Of a stretch of 64,000 bases of DNA, positions 20,801 to 30,678 are shown piece after piece. Made by a program: the position numbers and the translations under genes. The notes below the pieces were generated by a model. It ran no database searches, was not told where the DNA came from, and worked only from the letters and a program-made list of their open reading frames with translations. The stretch's first letter is position 1, and each line of letters starts with the position of its first letter. Origin of the DNA: a virus; the IMG/VR virus record IMGVR_UViG_3300005563_000030, positions 32,001 through 96,000 of that record; one strand, given 5' to 3'.

Positions 20801-23800
20801 TTATGTTCATCGTAGTTTCTAAAGTCATCAGTTACAAATGGATTTGATCTAAGGTCATTATATGGATAGTTAGGGAAGTATATTACTTCATTATCAAAGT
20901 ATGAGCTTCCACGCTTACGTCTATATTGATTGACATCAAATAAAAGACCTTTAGCTATCACTGACTTATTACCAAATCTATTACCACGCACAATCTTATA
21001 GCCCTTGATTCTATTCTTATCTTCAAGAGTTATCACTCCTTCTGTTACGGCTGTATCAATAGCAGCACGTACACTATCATGATCTACTTTAATACCTATT
21101 GGATAGATCATATTATTCTTAGTGTTATCTACACTAGCATTTAATCTGTCGTGGATGTGTGTAACTAAGCTATCTGGAAATTTATGGAATCGAATAGGCT
21201 GATTACACAAATCTCCCCATATTTCAGGATTATTTGGGTACTTTTCAGTACTTTCCCAGTAGGCAAATTCACCATATTCCCAGCATGTTTCCTCACAATC
21301 TACATATGGTTGATGAGGAGAAGCTGTAACAGAAGCAGTGTTATAGACTTCCCATTTCTGTCTGTCACATCCACTCACAGAAGATTCTGTAGGAGTTACA
21401 AACGTTCTATAGTATGCACTTGCGCCTACAGCAGGACCGGCAGCATTCTTTGGAACTACATACCAATTATAGATGGTATTAGGATCAAGACCTGTCAATG
21501 TGTAAGTAGATGTCAGAGCATTACCAACAAGACTATATGTAAAGCTATTTACAGCAAGATAAATATCATAAGATGTAGCACACGGTGCATCATCCCAATC
21601 AAGTATCACTGTAGCAAATGAGCTTGTCACAGAACCATTTACAGGGAATAATAGATTTACTGGATCAGGAACAGAGTCACACGGATTATTCTCAACATAA
21701 ATTTTTGTTGTGGCTTCTGTGTAACAATCCTTATCATCAGTTACTCTAAGTCTAAACACATAAGTACCTGCTACTAATCCAGATACAGCCGTATATGGAA
21801 TAATAGAGTTATCAATAGTGGCTGTGTTTGGACCACTATCTTGTGTCCATAGATAGGACGCAATATTTCTATCATCAGAGCTTCCACCAGCATTCAGGTA
21901 AGAAGTAGTCTGAGGTAATGTTACTAATTTATCTGGACCTGGATCAGCTATAGGAGCCTGATTTACAGGTATATTAATATTAAATTGTACAGTGTCACCT
22001 ATTACGTTTCCTTGAGAGTCACTAACAACTAATTGGAATACGTATGTACCAGCAATATATCCACCAAAGTATGTGTATAACGAAGTAGGGTTAGCAATTG
22101 TAATCTGTTTAGGACCAGATATTTGCTTCCAAAGAATTGTGGCAGTACCATTATGTGTTTCAGTACCTTGGAAGTTTACAATACCATCGTAGTTAATAGT
22201 TTGATCTGGTCCAGCATTTACTACAGGTGGAGTAGTAATTGGGATTATTACATTTGGTGTAAGCGAGTCAGAATAAGGTGTATATACGCAAGGATTATCT
22301 TGCTGTGAGTTATCTAACACTAATGTTGGTCCGCTACCACTAGGTGTGAAGGTAGCAGTATTTAATGATCCTGCATGTACTTGATCTGCTGAATCAGAAC
22401 TTCCGCAAGTATCACAACTATCTTCAATGATAGCATCATCATTTGTTATAATAACACGTTCAGCTTCTGTAGCTTCTCTGTTAGGAATAAGACCTACAGT
22501 GCTCTCTTCATCATTATCGTAAACAAGTACAAAACCTAATGGGTATACTTCATCACGCATATACCCTCTATAGAGATGAGCGTTTCTCATATCTCTATAA
22601 GCTGTTTCAGGTACTTGAGTTGTCTGCCAGTATAACTTTACATTATTAGCTATACGTTGAACGTTAAGCTTTTTAGTCTCTTCCAGACCATAAAAGAAAA
22701 GGAAGTTGTTAGATGTAGCTGTGCCCTTGCTCTTTGTGTAGTATGTTTTAGAAGCGAATATCTCTTGAGCACTTAAGTCTTTAAGACTCTTCTCGTTTCC
22801 AGTGTACATAATACGAATTGTGTTTATCGTATATGTTCCTACATACTCAAAGCTAGATGTATTGTTAATAGTTTTAACTACAGCAATATTAAAGTATTCA
22901 TAAGGACTATTTGCTTCTATTCCAGTTACGTTAAATACAATAGCTCTATCTGTTACATAGTCTGTGTCAAATGTAACTTCCCTTGTGAAGATTGGAATAG
23001 GATTTGTTACGTTCAGGTAAGGAGTACGGGTATTACCATCCTTATCAGAATAAGCAAAGAGGAATTGATAGTCTCCTGCTTTAAGTGAACCACCACCTAC
23101 AATATCTACAAGATCAATGTTTGGAACTGTGGCTACAGGATCAATTCTAAGCTTATTACAGTCTATTTGGCTTCCATAAATAGGAGCTTCACAATCTGGT
23201 GTATAACCAGTGATAACCTTGAATTTGTTTCTTACAACAAGATGTTTAGATGGGTCATCATCCACATAATCAAACTCAATATATCTATCGTAATTAAAGT
23301 TATCTGCAAAATATATAGATAACCCACAATCTTCAATGCGATACTGAGGTCTGATAGGATGGCTAAAATCAAAGTTAAAGCAAGTCTGCGTTGCAATAGA
23401 GATGTATTCACAGCACGGAGTTGGGTTTTGATTCTCTAATGGGCTTCTTTCAGGAGAGTAACCATCACCACAGTCTGAACAGAAACCTAATTCTTTATCA
23501 TAGTCAACCAATGAATCTCCGCAATCTAACCTACCTAGAATTTCTCCTATCTGACTAAAACCTGTATCAGGATTAACTAAAAATAATACTTTTCTATTCT
23601 GTTCTATTATATTAGCCGTACCTATTACTTTGTAGCCACTAGGGAAATTAGCACACTTTAGAGTACTAGATTCATTTTGTAGAATAGGAAATCCATTTCC
23701 ACTAAATTCTTCTACAACAGAGTTAAGGGAGTGATCGTAACCTTGTTCAGTAAGATTAGAAGGATGAACGTCCGTGTTCATCCCTTTAATCGGAACCGAA

Positions 23801-23823
23801 ATATTTGAGCGATTATCTTGCAT
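17842..23823 (-). CDS. Tail stabilisation/muzzle protein (P22 gp10-like, crAss type) with inserted PKD-PKD-FN3 domains
   Basis: KGMNTD N-terminus, GYMRDEVY and FGGDTFI motifs, beta-propeller-like C-terminus; VNAGPDQTI / PIADPGPDK / WTQDSGP PKD repeats. Confidence 0.75.
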   Translation of the reverse strand: MQDNRSNISVPIKGMNTDVHPSNLTEQGYDHSLNSVVEEFSGNGFPILQNESSTLKCANFPSGYKVIGTANIIEQNRKVLFLVNPDTGFSQIGEILGRLDCGDSLVDYDKELGFCSDCGDGYSPERSPLENQNPTPCCEYISIATQTCFNFDFSHPIRPQYRIEDCGLSIYFADNFNYDRYIEFDYVDDDPSKHLVVRNKFKVITGYTPDCEAPIYGSQIDCNKLRIDPVATVPNIDLVDIVGGGSLKAGDYQFLFAYSDKDGNTRTPYLNVTNPIPIFTREVTFDTDYVTDRAIVFNVTGIEANSPYEYFNIAVVKTINNTSSFEYVGTYTINTIRIMYTGNEKSLKDLSAQEIFASKTYYTKSKGTATSNNFLFFYGLEETKKLNVQRIANNVKLYWQTTQVPETAYRDMRNAHLYRGYMRDEVYPLGFVLVYDNDEESTVGLIPNREATEAERVIITNDDAIIEDSCDTCGSSDSADQVHAGSLNTATFTPSGSGPTLVLDNSQQDNPCVYTPYSDSLTPNVIIPITTPPVVNAGPDQTINYDGIVNFQGTETHNGTATILWKQISGPKQITIANPTSLYTYFGGYIAGTYVFQLVVSDSQGNVIGDTVQFNINIPVNQAPIADPGPDKLVTLPQTTSYLNAGGSSDDRNIASYLWTQDSGPNTATIDNSIIPYTAVSGLVAGTYVFRLRVTDDKDCYTEATTKIYVENNPCDSVPDPVNLLFPVNGSVTSSFATVILDWDDAPCATSYDIYLAVNSFTYSLVGNALTSTYTLTGLDPNTIYNWYVVPKNAAGPAVGASAYYRTFVTPTESSVSGCDRQKWEVYNTASVTASPHQPYVDCEETCWEYGEFAYWESTEKYPNNPEIWGDLCNQPIRFHKFPDSLVTHIHDRLNASVDNTKNNMIYPIGIKVDHDSVRAAIDTAVTEGVITLEDKNRIKGYKIVRGNRFGNKSVIAKGLLFDVNQYRRKRGSSYFDNEVIYFPNYPYNDLRSNPFVTDDFRNYDEHNTEKGSDLPFIFSKRYTFHSPDTHFSEPFVGTKLKLETAEYGTSEGYFTVSKRQAKQKFLSNTSYTIAFGLGIVAALTKTEEKEITEYTVKGSVVSGMGIASGIFGPFLPYQTGTGSAIVPESVLNTIINPQKAASINAATEVTTRTVGGRDKDWSNPVYLATRKPLLLPLLPILLANLISGFLSTVLYESGIVLDLIKSLTPYRDWCIQYNSVGKYNSYKPVPNSGNKIRSINSWRYLKGENSLVPEVSDSDPTQFVNTKVNNWHREDSLYLRYAGTDFPNAGSFSGVQDNSRFTFEDGAVGKTLDKHVIKNISSYYASLKNYRPDQYGNVYNIDWISTGSQVFNMTASNSVCKTVFGGDTFINRFALKIKVPYFLADTFEMGNGTDFDFSAFPNLGVPRHYYNSTTGIASEFDSIGDVLSLVTPEGIGNFLGRPKSIRDGATSKFFYQNGYIYLYSYGIPNFLVESDVNVDFRYAENLTDKAFYPVQSDLDFWLQQENVQIREPNYYFYNNTYSKQNKEHSYLVYPASFEPGRSCRVSHPNGIIYSNGANWLQYKPNDFFPVPLINGRLTGLDGIENDKVLIRCENTFQVFNAYITIPTNTQSIQVGTGGMFASKPQEYAKTTLGHGGSQHSAILNTEFGHVWVDAKRGEVLNLSGGGLDEISKYGMKNWFKENLPFHIAKDFPQILPEDLDNNFKNIGITMAFDKRFSRILITKLDYKLLDKAVTYDSEEKIFKKGDEVVSLTNNKYFCNKSWTVSFSFLTKAWTSFHSYKPNYYIDSIDHFSSGLNSDGSLWDHNLTNKSYQVFYGKVYPWTIQTISKYDTSKSHLNSVEYSMDAIRYHNEYDSFYNNQVTFNKAVVSNQSQSSGLLELEYNTKQNLNFLSTYPRTNAQSTTIRVTNSDGVWRFNQFYDLAASRSNNLPLWLNNCSNTEKTPNPMAINYQTPDLNKKRIRGEWNKVMLINDVHTNYKMIFKWLQNNAVKTYR

Positions 23824-23825
23824 AA

Positions 23826-24704
23826 TTACATTTGAAAGTACGTTCTAAGATTCTTTCTATCAACTCTAATTTTATTGATAACAGTCTGGAAGCTTGGTAA
23901 TTTAGCAATATATTGAGCTTGTGCAAATGATTTTTGATGCTCTGCTTCAACTACCTGATATTTTCTATCAAAGTCAGGAATTTCATTATTTAACCATAAA
24001 TCTTGAGTGGTTCTGAATATAATGTAATCTTCTATAGCTTTCTCAAAGAATGTATTATCTGGAATAAGAGGAAGTCCTGTTTCAGGGTCTAACGGAAGAG
24101 CATAATACTTCATTAGTACACCATCACTCTCAAAATTAGCATATAATGTTGACTTATCAATTGTTATTTCATCCTGACATTGACCTAATATTTGCTTATT
24201 TTTACAGTCTTTCGTACAGAAACTCTTAGCATTTGAACCCAATCTTAAAAGTGTAGGTTGTCTAAATTTGATGATAGTTGGCTCACCTTGAATATAAGTA
24301 CGAATTGTGTATTTCTCTCCCTCAATAAAGTCTCTTTTTGCTGAGTAACAGTTTGTACATTGTCTATATGGTTCATGTGTTTCATCTATATAGAATACAA
24401 AACCTGTCTGTGGAAATAATGTAGCTTTACTATCTGAATCTGCTGGTGTACATTTATACGCTGCATATAAGAAGGAGAAATCATCAGGCATCGGACCCTT
24501 ATAATTCTTCACCATTACAATAGCTTCCTTCTCTTCATACACAGACATACCTATCATATCTAGCATGTCCTTTATATACCAATACCAGTCACCCTCATCG
24601 AGTAGACCAGCATTATCGAATGATCTAAGTCTTCTTCTTATTCTCGCGAAGAGAGCATCATTCTTTTTAAATTGAAGATTATTTGCAGGATTTATGACAC
24701 TCAT
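23826..24704 (-). CDS. Putative tail tubular/ring protein
   Basis: LPLDPETGLPLIPD motif and position next to the stabiliser gene. Confidence 0.6.
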   Translation of the reverse strand: MSVINPANNLQFKKNDALFARIRRRLRSFDNAGLLDEGDWYWYIKDMLDMIGMSVYEEKEAIVMVKNYKGPMPDDFSFLYAAYKCTPADSDSKATLFPQTGFVFYIDETHEPYRQCTNCYSAKRDFIEGEKYTIRTYIQGEPTIIKFRQPTLLRLGSNAKSFCTKDCKNKQILGQCQDEITIDKSTLYANFESDGVLMKYYALPLDPETGLPLIPDNTFFEKAIEDYIIFRTTQDLWLNNEIPDFDRKYQVVEAEHQKSFAQAQYIAKLPSFQTVINKIRVDRKNLRTYFQM

Positions 24705-25216
24705 TTGTCTATTTTTAACTTTTTGTGAACTAGCTTTTCAAGCTTGTTTTGATTCCAGAAGTCCTTCAATGTCCATTCATGATATTCCTTCTGTTCTCTA
24801 ATTTTCTTCGATACTTCTGTGCGCATCATTCGTAATGGGGCAAACTTGAATACTTCATGAAACGCAAATCTGGAAATGCCTGTTTTGAACCATTTTATGT
24901 GATAACGGTAGCCAAAACTGTGAAGATTTAAGTAATATATTTTCTTTCCGTATTTCTTTGTATCAGCCCAGTTTATAGCTTTCTTCTTAGTCTTATACTT
25001 AATTATACACAGATAACCAAGATTCTCAGGGAGTTTAAATCCATTCTCATCATCTAACACAGTATCATAGATTTTCTTGTTAGATTCTTTAATTATCTTT
25101 GTGAAGTCAGCATAGGAAATATCTTTTCCTGATTTCTCCTTATACGCTTTCCACAACTCAGGAGTGAGAGCCTGATGTCTATCAGGAAAATTATAATGCG
25201 ATCCTTTAGCTGGCAT
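24701..25216 (-). CDS. HU/IHF-like DNA-binding protein (crAss type)
   Basis: Basic protein with FKLPENLGYLCI and INWADTKK motifs; crAss tail-region synteny. Confidence 0.65.
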   Translation of the reverse strand: MPAKGSHYNFPDRHQALTPELWKAYKEKSGKDISYADFTKIIKESNKKIYDTVLDDENGFKLPENLGYLCIIKYKTKKKAINWADTKKYGKKIYYLNLHSFGYRYHIKWFKTGISRFAFHEVFKFAPLRMMRTEVSKKIREQKEYHEWTLKDFWNQNKLEKLVHKKLKIDK

Positions 25217-25920
25217 TACTGTTGTTGGTTTACTTTTATGTTATTGTTCAAATCTGGATTTTCATCCGTAGTTACGCGTTTGTAGAACCCAAATAGGTCT
25301 TTCAAAGTCTCTTGCTTAACAATAGACACTAAATAGTCTGGACACACAAAAGGTTGATCTAATATACCTGAGCATTTATCTTCATTCTTATCAGCACATT
25401 CGCTAAGTTTCTTAGCAGCAGAAGGATCAGCAAATACTCCTCTTAGTGTTACAGTTTGTACCATACTATCAGGAATAATTAAGTAACCATTTGATAACCA
25501 GTAGTACTTAATTTTCTTGTCTTTGAATTCTCTCAGCTTGATATTCTTATAAGCCTTGGGTGTAGTCTGACGAAACTCCTTAGCGTAGATAGGATTATGT
25601 ACTTCCAGAAGCTCTCCATAGAATGTTTCGTATGTATCAGGAATCTTATGTATTGATTTCATGACAGTTGTACAGTCTGGAATATCTTCGTTACAGCAAT
25701 CCACAAGAGGTGTAGGACACAGAGGAACACAGTCTACATCTGTCCAAAGATCAGTAAGATTCATAAGACGTCTTGATTCAGCATCTCTCTTAATGAAAGT
25801 AGCTGCAAAAGATCGTAGCTTATTCAATATATATCGTTTACTGACTTTATCGTCCAGATTAGAAGCCCTGAGGTCTGAAACAATGTCAGATATTATTTGG
25901 CGATTTGTTAAGTTGGGCAT
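25216..25920 (-). CDS. Putative tail ring/tubular protein
   Basis: YYWLSNGYLII...VTLRGVFADP motif. Start moved to ATG 25920 because the TATATTTG promoter overlaps the longer ORF start. Confidence 0.6.
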   Translation of the reverse strand: MPNLTNRQIISDIVSDLRASNLDDKVSKRYILNKLRSFAATFIKRDAESRRLMNLTDLWTDVDCVPLCPTPLVDCCNEDIPDCTTVMKSIHKIPDTYETFYGELLEVHNPIYAKEFRQTTPKAYKNIKLREFKDKKIKYYWLSNGYLIIPDSMVQTVTLRGVFADPSAAKKLSECADKNEDKCSGILDQPFVCPDYLVSIVKQETLKDLFGFYKRVTTDENPDLNNNIKVNQQQ

Positions 25921-25935
25921 AAGAAAAAATAAGTA

Positions 25936-25943
25936 CAAATATA
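25936..25943 (-). promoter_or_regulatory. -7 element TATATTTG
   Basis: TAnnTTTG consensus upstream of ATG 25920. Confidence 0.6.
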
Positions 25944-25991
25944 ATAGAAATTTGTGACTTTTTAGCTGTTGTAATCGAAAGTGATTATAAC

Positions 25992-26016
25992 AAAAAACCC
26001 CTCTTTCGAGGGGCTC
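25992..26016 (-). terminator. Intrinsic terminator
   Basis: CCCCTC-GAAA-GAGGGG followed by TTTTTT on the minus strand. Confidence 0.8.
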
Positions 26017-26018
26017 TT

Positions 26019-27455
26019 TTAATTCTGATTCAAATAATAATAATTAGCGATAAGTCCTTTATCCTTATGGTAGAGGAAAGCCTCTGCCCCTTTGAGAGAG
26101 TTATATCCTTTTTCAGCGTGCCATGCGTCATTTGCTGATAAGGAATTTAATACTTTTACAGTAAAGCCCGGATATTCTTGAACATCTGTAAACTTAATCT
26201 GTTTAGAGTGGTGAAAGTGTCCGACATGCACTCTGCGGAATTTGGTGGCAGCCCATAAATGGGGTTGTTCAGTCGCACAAATAATGCCCAAGTCCTGCAA
26301 CTTCTCATTATGTCCATGACAATACATGAGTAAATTTAAGCCATACTGTAAATATTTTCTAGGCGTGTGAGTATTAATCACAGTTACCAATTCGTTATTG
26401 TGAAACCAAGCATCAAGTACTTCACCAAGTGTAAACATGGCTACAGTATCATGATTACCCGGTACAATTAATACTTCTACTGGAGCAATTTCTGATAGTT
26501 TAGTGATTGTGTCAATCAAAAGATCTTTAGCTGTCTGAAACATTTTACCAAAACGACTATCACAAGACACATTTGTTCCGGCTGTAGTTGTATTACCTTT
26601 ATTATCAACGTTAATCATATCATTACCAACAGGTAATATGATTTTCTCCAATTTAGCTGGATTGACTCTTGAAAGAAGCTCTCTGACAGCTTTTTTATAG
26701 CGATCAACAGCTATCTTAATATCATAGTCTTCACCTGTCTCTTTACCCCAAGCCAGTTTACCAATATGTAAATCAGGAATATTAATTTCTAATGCCGTAT
26801 CTCTTCCTTCACCATATTTTTTATCTAATGCATCAATAAAATCATTTACTGGCTCACCCACTCTTGCTTTCTTTTCAGAAGCTTTTCTGATTTCATTAAG
26901 GATAATATCTTTTTGTTTGCTAATATTATCGTCAACTCTCTTCAATTTAAGATTAGCACGAATTGCAAACAACTGTTGACTCTCAATAGCACCAGCTTCA
27001 TTCTTAATCCATGCGTTATAAGACTTTACTTCATAGTCTGCAATAGTGTATTTCTCAGTATCAATCTTACATACACGTACAAGATCAGACAGATTCTCTA
27101 TTTTCTCTCTAGTTGTTGCTTGTACAGAGCCTGTACCATTTGCATTGTATTTAACCACATGATCTCCTGTAGATACAGTTGAAGTGAGCGTGGAAATAGG
27201 TATTTTAACATCTCCAGTTTGTATAAAGTTTATATTTTTATCTACGTAAAATTCTTTATTATTTACTTCTATCTTCTTCTTACTAGGAATAATAGCTCCT
27301 TGACGTTGCAACATTCTCCAGCGTTTACGAGCTTTCTCAGGATGAATACCAAATAACTCAGCGATCTTTCCATAATAACCAACTTCATTTGGTGCTTTAG
27401 GGTTCGCTAATATCCATTTATCTATTTCATTGTTCTGATTCTTTCTTGGACTCAT
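26019..27455 (-). CDS. Calcineurin-like metallophosphoesterase with N-terminal HTH-like region
   Basis: DLHIG, GNDM, PGNHD, CHGH and GHFH motifs. Confidence 0.8.
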   Translation of the reverse strand: MSPRKNQNNEIDKWILANPKAPNEVGYYGKIAELFGIHPEKARKRWRMLQRQGAIIPSKKKIEVNNKEFYVDKNINFIQTGDVKIPISTLTSTVSTGDHVVKYNANGTGSVQATTREKIENLSDLVRVCKIDTEKYTIADYEVKSYNAWIKNEAGAIESQQLFAIRANLKLKRVDDNISKQKDIILNEIRKASEKKARVGEPVNDFIDALDKKYGEGRDTALEINIPDLHIGKLAWGKETGEDYDIKIAVDRYKKAVRELLSRVNPAKLEKIILPVGNDMINVDNKGNTTTAGTNVSCDSRFGKMFQTAKDLLIDTITKLSEIAPVEVLIVPGNHDTVAMFTLGEVLDAWFHNNELVTVINTHTPRKYLQYGLNLLMYCHGHNEKLQDLGIICATEQPHLWAATKFRRVHVGHFHHSKQIKFTDVQEYPGFTVKVLNSLSANDAWHAEKGYNSLKGAEAFLYHKDKGLIANYYYLNQN

Positions 27456-27475
27456 TAATTATTATTTTTGTTATA

Positions 27476-27483
27476 CAAATTTA
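27476..27483 (-). promoter_or_regulatory. -7 element TAAATTTG
   Basis: TAnnTTTG with upstream TTTGG, just before the phosphoesterase start. Confidence 0.6.
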
Positions 27484-27518
27484 GTTATATTATCGCATAT
27501 TTCCAAATAAAATTGAAT

Positions 27519-27545
27519 AAAAAAAGGCCGTGTAGAAACACAGCC
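27519..27545 (-). terminator. Intrinsic terminator
   Basis: GGCTGTG-TTTCTA-CACGGCC followed by TTTTTT. Confidence 0.7.
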
Positions 27546-27590
27546 ATAAACACTATGAAAAAACCAACAAAATCATAGTTTTTGAATTTA

Positions 27591-29924
27591 TTATGCAACT
27601 GCAACAAATGACACAATATTGTTATAAGTAGCAATAGGTGTACTTGATGCGTTTTTATATACAAGATCTACAACGATATTGTCACCTGTACTAATACCAG
27701 ATAATATTTGACTATCAAAGAAGGCATTAGTATTTGGAGTGTTTGGAATAGTCCAAACTTTAGTTCCAATAGTAGAGCTAGTTGTAGCATTCCTAATAGT
27801 AGCAGTAATGCTAGCTAATACAGGATTTTTAACCACATCATCATTTAATCCAAAGTCAATAGCGTAGCTATCATCTGTACTATGAGCACTTAATATGATA
27901 TTAGTAGGTGCGGCTAGCGTAAATGTTACAGGACACAATGTTGTATCTGTATGAGGAGCTATATAATCTGGATCACTTATATCATTAGGTTTAGTTTGTC
28001 CTGTTGGTACTAAAGTATCTTCGTTTACTTCTTTTAAGGTAAATACATCAATAATACCATTAGTAAGAGCAGCAGGATTTTGTTGATAAAACACAGCAGT
28101 ACCTATTGTAGTAGGGCTACTAATATTTATATCACCTATAGTACTTGTAATAACAGTACCATCAGTAAGCTGTAATAATGTAGTGGCTCTAGGTGAACCA
28201 ATGTATGTTTTCTTAATATCTAGTGTATTTCTATCAATCTTATAAGAAATCATCTGGTTCAATGGGGCATCATCTGAAGTAGAGGCATTAATACCACCAT
28301 ATATAATATCAACAAATAAATCACCTGTTACAGCATTGATACCAGGAGTAACTTGTGCTGTGGGATATTGTCTATTATTATCAAAATCAAAAGTCTTTAA
28401 TAATGCATACGTTGTAGTGTCATACACTTCCATCTTTCTTGCCATGTAGTCATTAAGATAGAATCTATTAAAGTCTTTGTCTATGAAACAAGACTGCCAA
28501 TACGAATCAGGGCTTGAATTAAATCCTACTGTAGAGATAGCAGGAACAATCTCAAGGATTAGGGTTAAGCTACTATTAAGAACCGCAATATTTGCATATC
28601 TACTTACGTTATTTCTGGCCACAAAGATTCTATCTCCTGAAGCTAAGAAACCACCCCAGTTAGATTCAAATGGGTTCTGAGTACCAGTAGTACCAGCCAT
28701 TGTGTAGCTTCCTGTAGCATCCAGTTCACTTATAAGAACTTTACTAGACTTACTAATAACAATAGCCATTCTATTTCTAGTTGCAACATCCATTCCCCAT
28801 CCTGTTACAATAAGATCAGAAGTAGGGTTAGAAAGCATTGTTCCATGTGTAAATGAATCACTTGTTGTTGTAGAGAGATAAGCGGAGCCTGTTGAACCCA
28901 TTCCTATTTTACCCCAAGTTCCTAAAGCAAAATCATAATAGTCACAACCATGTGATCTACGACTATGTATATATAATGTTCTAGTAGGCTTGTCATAGTA
29001 GTAGCCTTGTACATAAGTGCTACCTGATCCACCTGTCGCATCTGCTCTATATGGAACACCAGAAGTATAAGTACCACCAGAACCACCATAAGGGCTTCCT
29101 GAACGAGTTTCATTTAAGTAGACAATATCTCCAACGTTGGTAGCAGTAGCAGGATCGAGACTCCAAATAGTGCCAGTAACGTTATTAGCAGATATAAAAT
29201 ATACTCTTCCGCCATCTTCAAAGGAATAGGCAGGTTCAGGTAAGTTATTAATTGTCTTACTTTCAAGTAAGTCGAGGTCTTCTGATTGACATTCGTAAGT
29301 GTCAGCTATCCAGATGTAGTTAATACAATTAGATACAAGATTACAGAAGGCATCACCATATTGGTCTCTTATTTTATCAAGTAATGCTTGAATATTTAAT
29401 GTAGGTACAGCTACTAACAATCCACCTTGATTCTCCATAGTCACAGAAACAATACCATCTGAACCACCAATAAGTTGTTCTTCAAGATAGTCTGGTGTAT
29501 CTGTTGCATCTACTTTTAAGAGATAGTTCTCGTTATAAGCTTTAGCATAAACTCCATTAGCTCTTATTTCCAATTGGTTAAGAGGATCAGGAGAAACTTT
29601 TAAATCAGCTTTTATTGTGTGATTGGCAGTACCACTAGCTTGCATATCAATACTAGGAGTATCTACAGGAGTGATAGGAACGTTAGCACTATTACCAAGA
29701 AAATCATCAATAGCCTCAAAGATCTGCTCGGCAGTAGATCCATTTGGCATTCCTAGATTTTCTAGTTTTGAAGGTTCTGTTGTTGGAAGTGGATGATAAG
29801 TGACGCACTTTGAATTAACTTCATAATCACAAGGATTACCCTCTCCACATTGTTCGCAGAAGGGCTGCTGTGATTCGCAGTTGCATCTTAAATAATCATT
29901 ACCACATACTCCGCAATTAGGCAT
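27591..29924 (-). CDS. Putative tail fibre/receptor-binding protein with Cys-rich N-terminus and beta-propeller-like region
   Basis: CxxC N-terminus, module shared with the neighbouring gene, YVTN-like RFYLNDY...EVYDTTT segment. Confidence 0.55.
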   Translation of the reverse strand: MPNCGVCGNDYLRCNCESQQPFCEQCGEGNPCDYEVNSKCVTYHPLPTTEPSKLENLGMPNGSTAEQIFEAIDDFLGNSANVPITPVDTPSIDMQASGTANHTIKADLKVSPDPLNQLEIRANGVYAKAYNENYLLKVDATDTPDYLEEQLIGGSDGIVSVTMENQGGLLVAVPTLNIQALLDKIRDQYGDAFCNLVSNCINYIWIADTYECQSEDLDLLESKTINNLPEPAYSFEDGGRVYFISANNVTGTIWSLDPATATNVGDIVYLNETRSGSPYGGSGGTYTSGVPYRADATGGSGSTYVQGYYYDKPTRTLYIHSRRSHGCDYYDFALGTWGKIGMGSTGSAYLSTTTSDSFTHGTMLSNPTSDLIVTGWGMDVATRNRMAIVISKSSKVLISELDATGSYTMAGTTGTQNPFESNWGGFLASGDRIFVARNNVSRYANIAVLNSSLTLILEIVPAISTVGFNSSPDSYWQSCFIDKDFNRFYLNDYMARKMEVYDTTTYALLKTFDFDNNRQYPTAQVTPGINAVTGDLFVDIIYGGINASTSDDAPLNQMISYKIDRNTLDIKKTYIGSPRATTLLQLTDGTVITSTIGDINISSPTTIGTAVFYQQNPAALTNGIIDVFTLKEVNEDTLVPTGQTKPNDISDPDYIAPHTDTTLCPVTFTLAAPTNIILSAHSTDDSYAIDFGLNDDVVKNPVLASITATIRNATTSSTIGTKVWTIPNTPNTNAFFDSQILSGISTGDNIVVDLVYKNASSTPIATYNNIVSFVAVA

Positions 29925-29937
29925 ATTCTAAATTTTA

Positions 29938-30660
29938 TTATGATGTTGTAATAGTACGAGTAGTACCGTTAAGTCTGATTTTCAGACCTGTTGCAAGGCC
30001 AATATCTGTTCTATACCAGTATTGACCATCTAATGGAGTAGTAGGATCAGAAGTTACATTTCCTAAGAATCCTGATACTGGAGAGAAGAGAGCAGCGACG
30101 TTCACTGTATTACTTCCTACAAGACCAATTGTTTTGGCATTATAGTCAACTGTGAGAACCATTGGAGAAGCGAAAAGACCATCAGATTGAATTGAAAGTC
30201 TATTACCAGATCCAGCAGAAATCTTTACATCAGCTTGAAGTGTATGACTAAGTGAACCAGAAGCTGTTAGGTTAACTGATTGTGTATCTGTCACAGTGAT
30301 TGGAGTAGTAACCTCTCCTGCAACTGTGTCTATATCTGATGATAATTGACAAAGTTGTGTGTCTACTGCTTCAGCAAACTCCTTCATGGAGTTGATTGTA
30401 TAGTCAGCTCTTAAGCAAGGAAGATTAAAGTTAGCTGCTTTTATTTGACCAATATAAGGATCTACAGCTTCAGCGAACTGATTAAGAGTAGCTCCGTTTG
30501 TAAGAGCTAAGTTAGTAAGGTTAGTTACCTCATTATTATCTTTGTGGTAGATAGAGCAGTCCCAATCAAGCTGAATAGGACATCCTGTATTTGTATTACA
30601 AGGGTCACAGATTGAAACTGACTGATAAACTGGTTGAGAACCGCATCCGCATTCTGCCAT
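29938..30660 (-). CDS. Putative tail fibre-associated protein
   Basis: Cys-rich N-terminus; C-terminal SDPTTPLDGQYWYRTD motif typical of fibre proteins. Confidence 0.55.
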   Translation of the reverse strand: MAECGCGSQPVYQSVSICDPCNTNTGCPIQLDWDCSIYHKDNNEVTNLTNLALTNGATLNQFAEAVDPYIGQIKAANFNLPCLRADYTINSMKEFAEAVDTQLCQLSSDIDTVAGEVTTPITVTDTQSVNLTASGSLSHTLQADVKISAGSGNRLSIQSDGLFASPMVLTVDYNAKTIGLVGSNTVNVAALFSPVSGFLGNVTSDPTTPLDGQYWYRTDIGLATGLKIRLNGTTRTITTS

Positions 30661-30678
30661 TGTTATAAATTTTTATTG

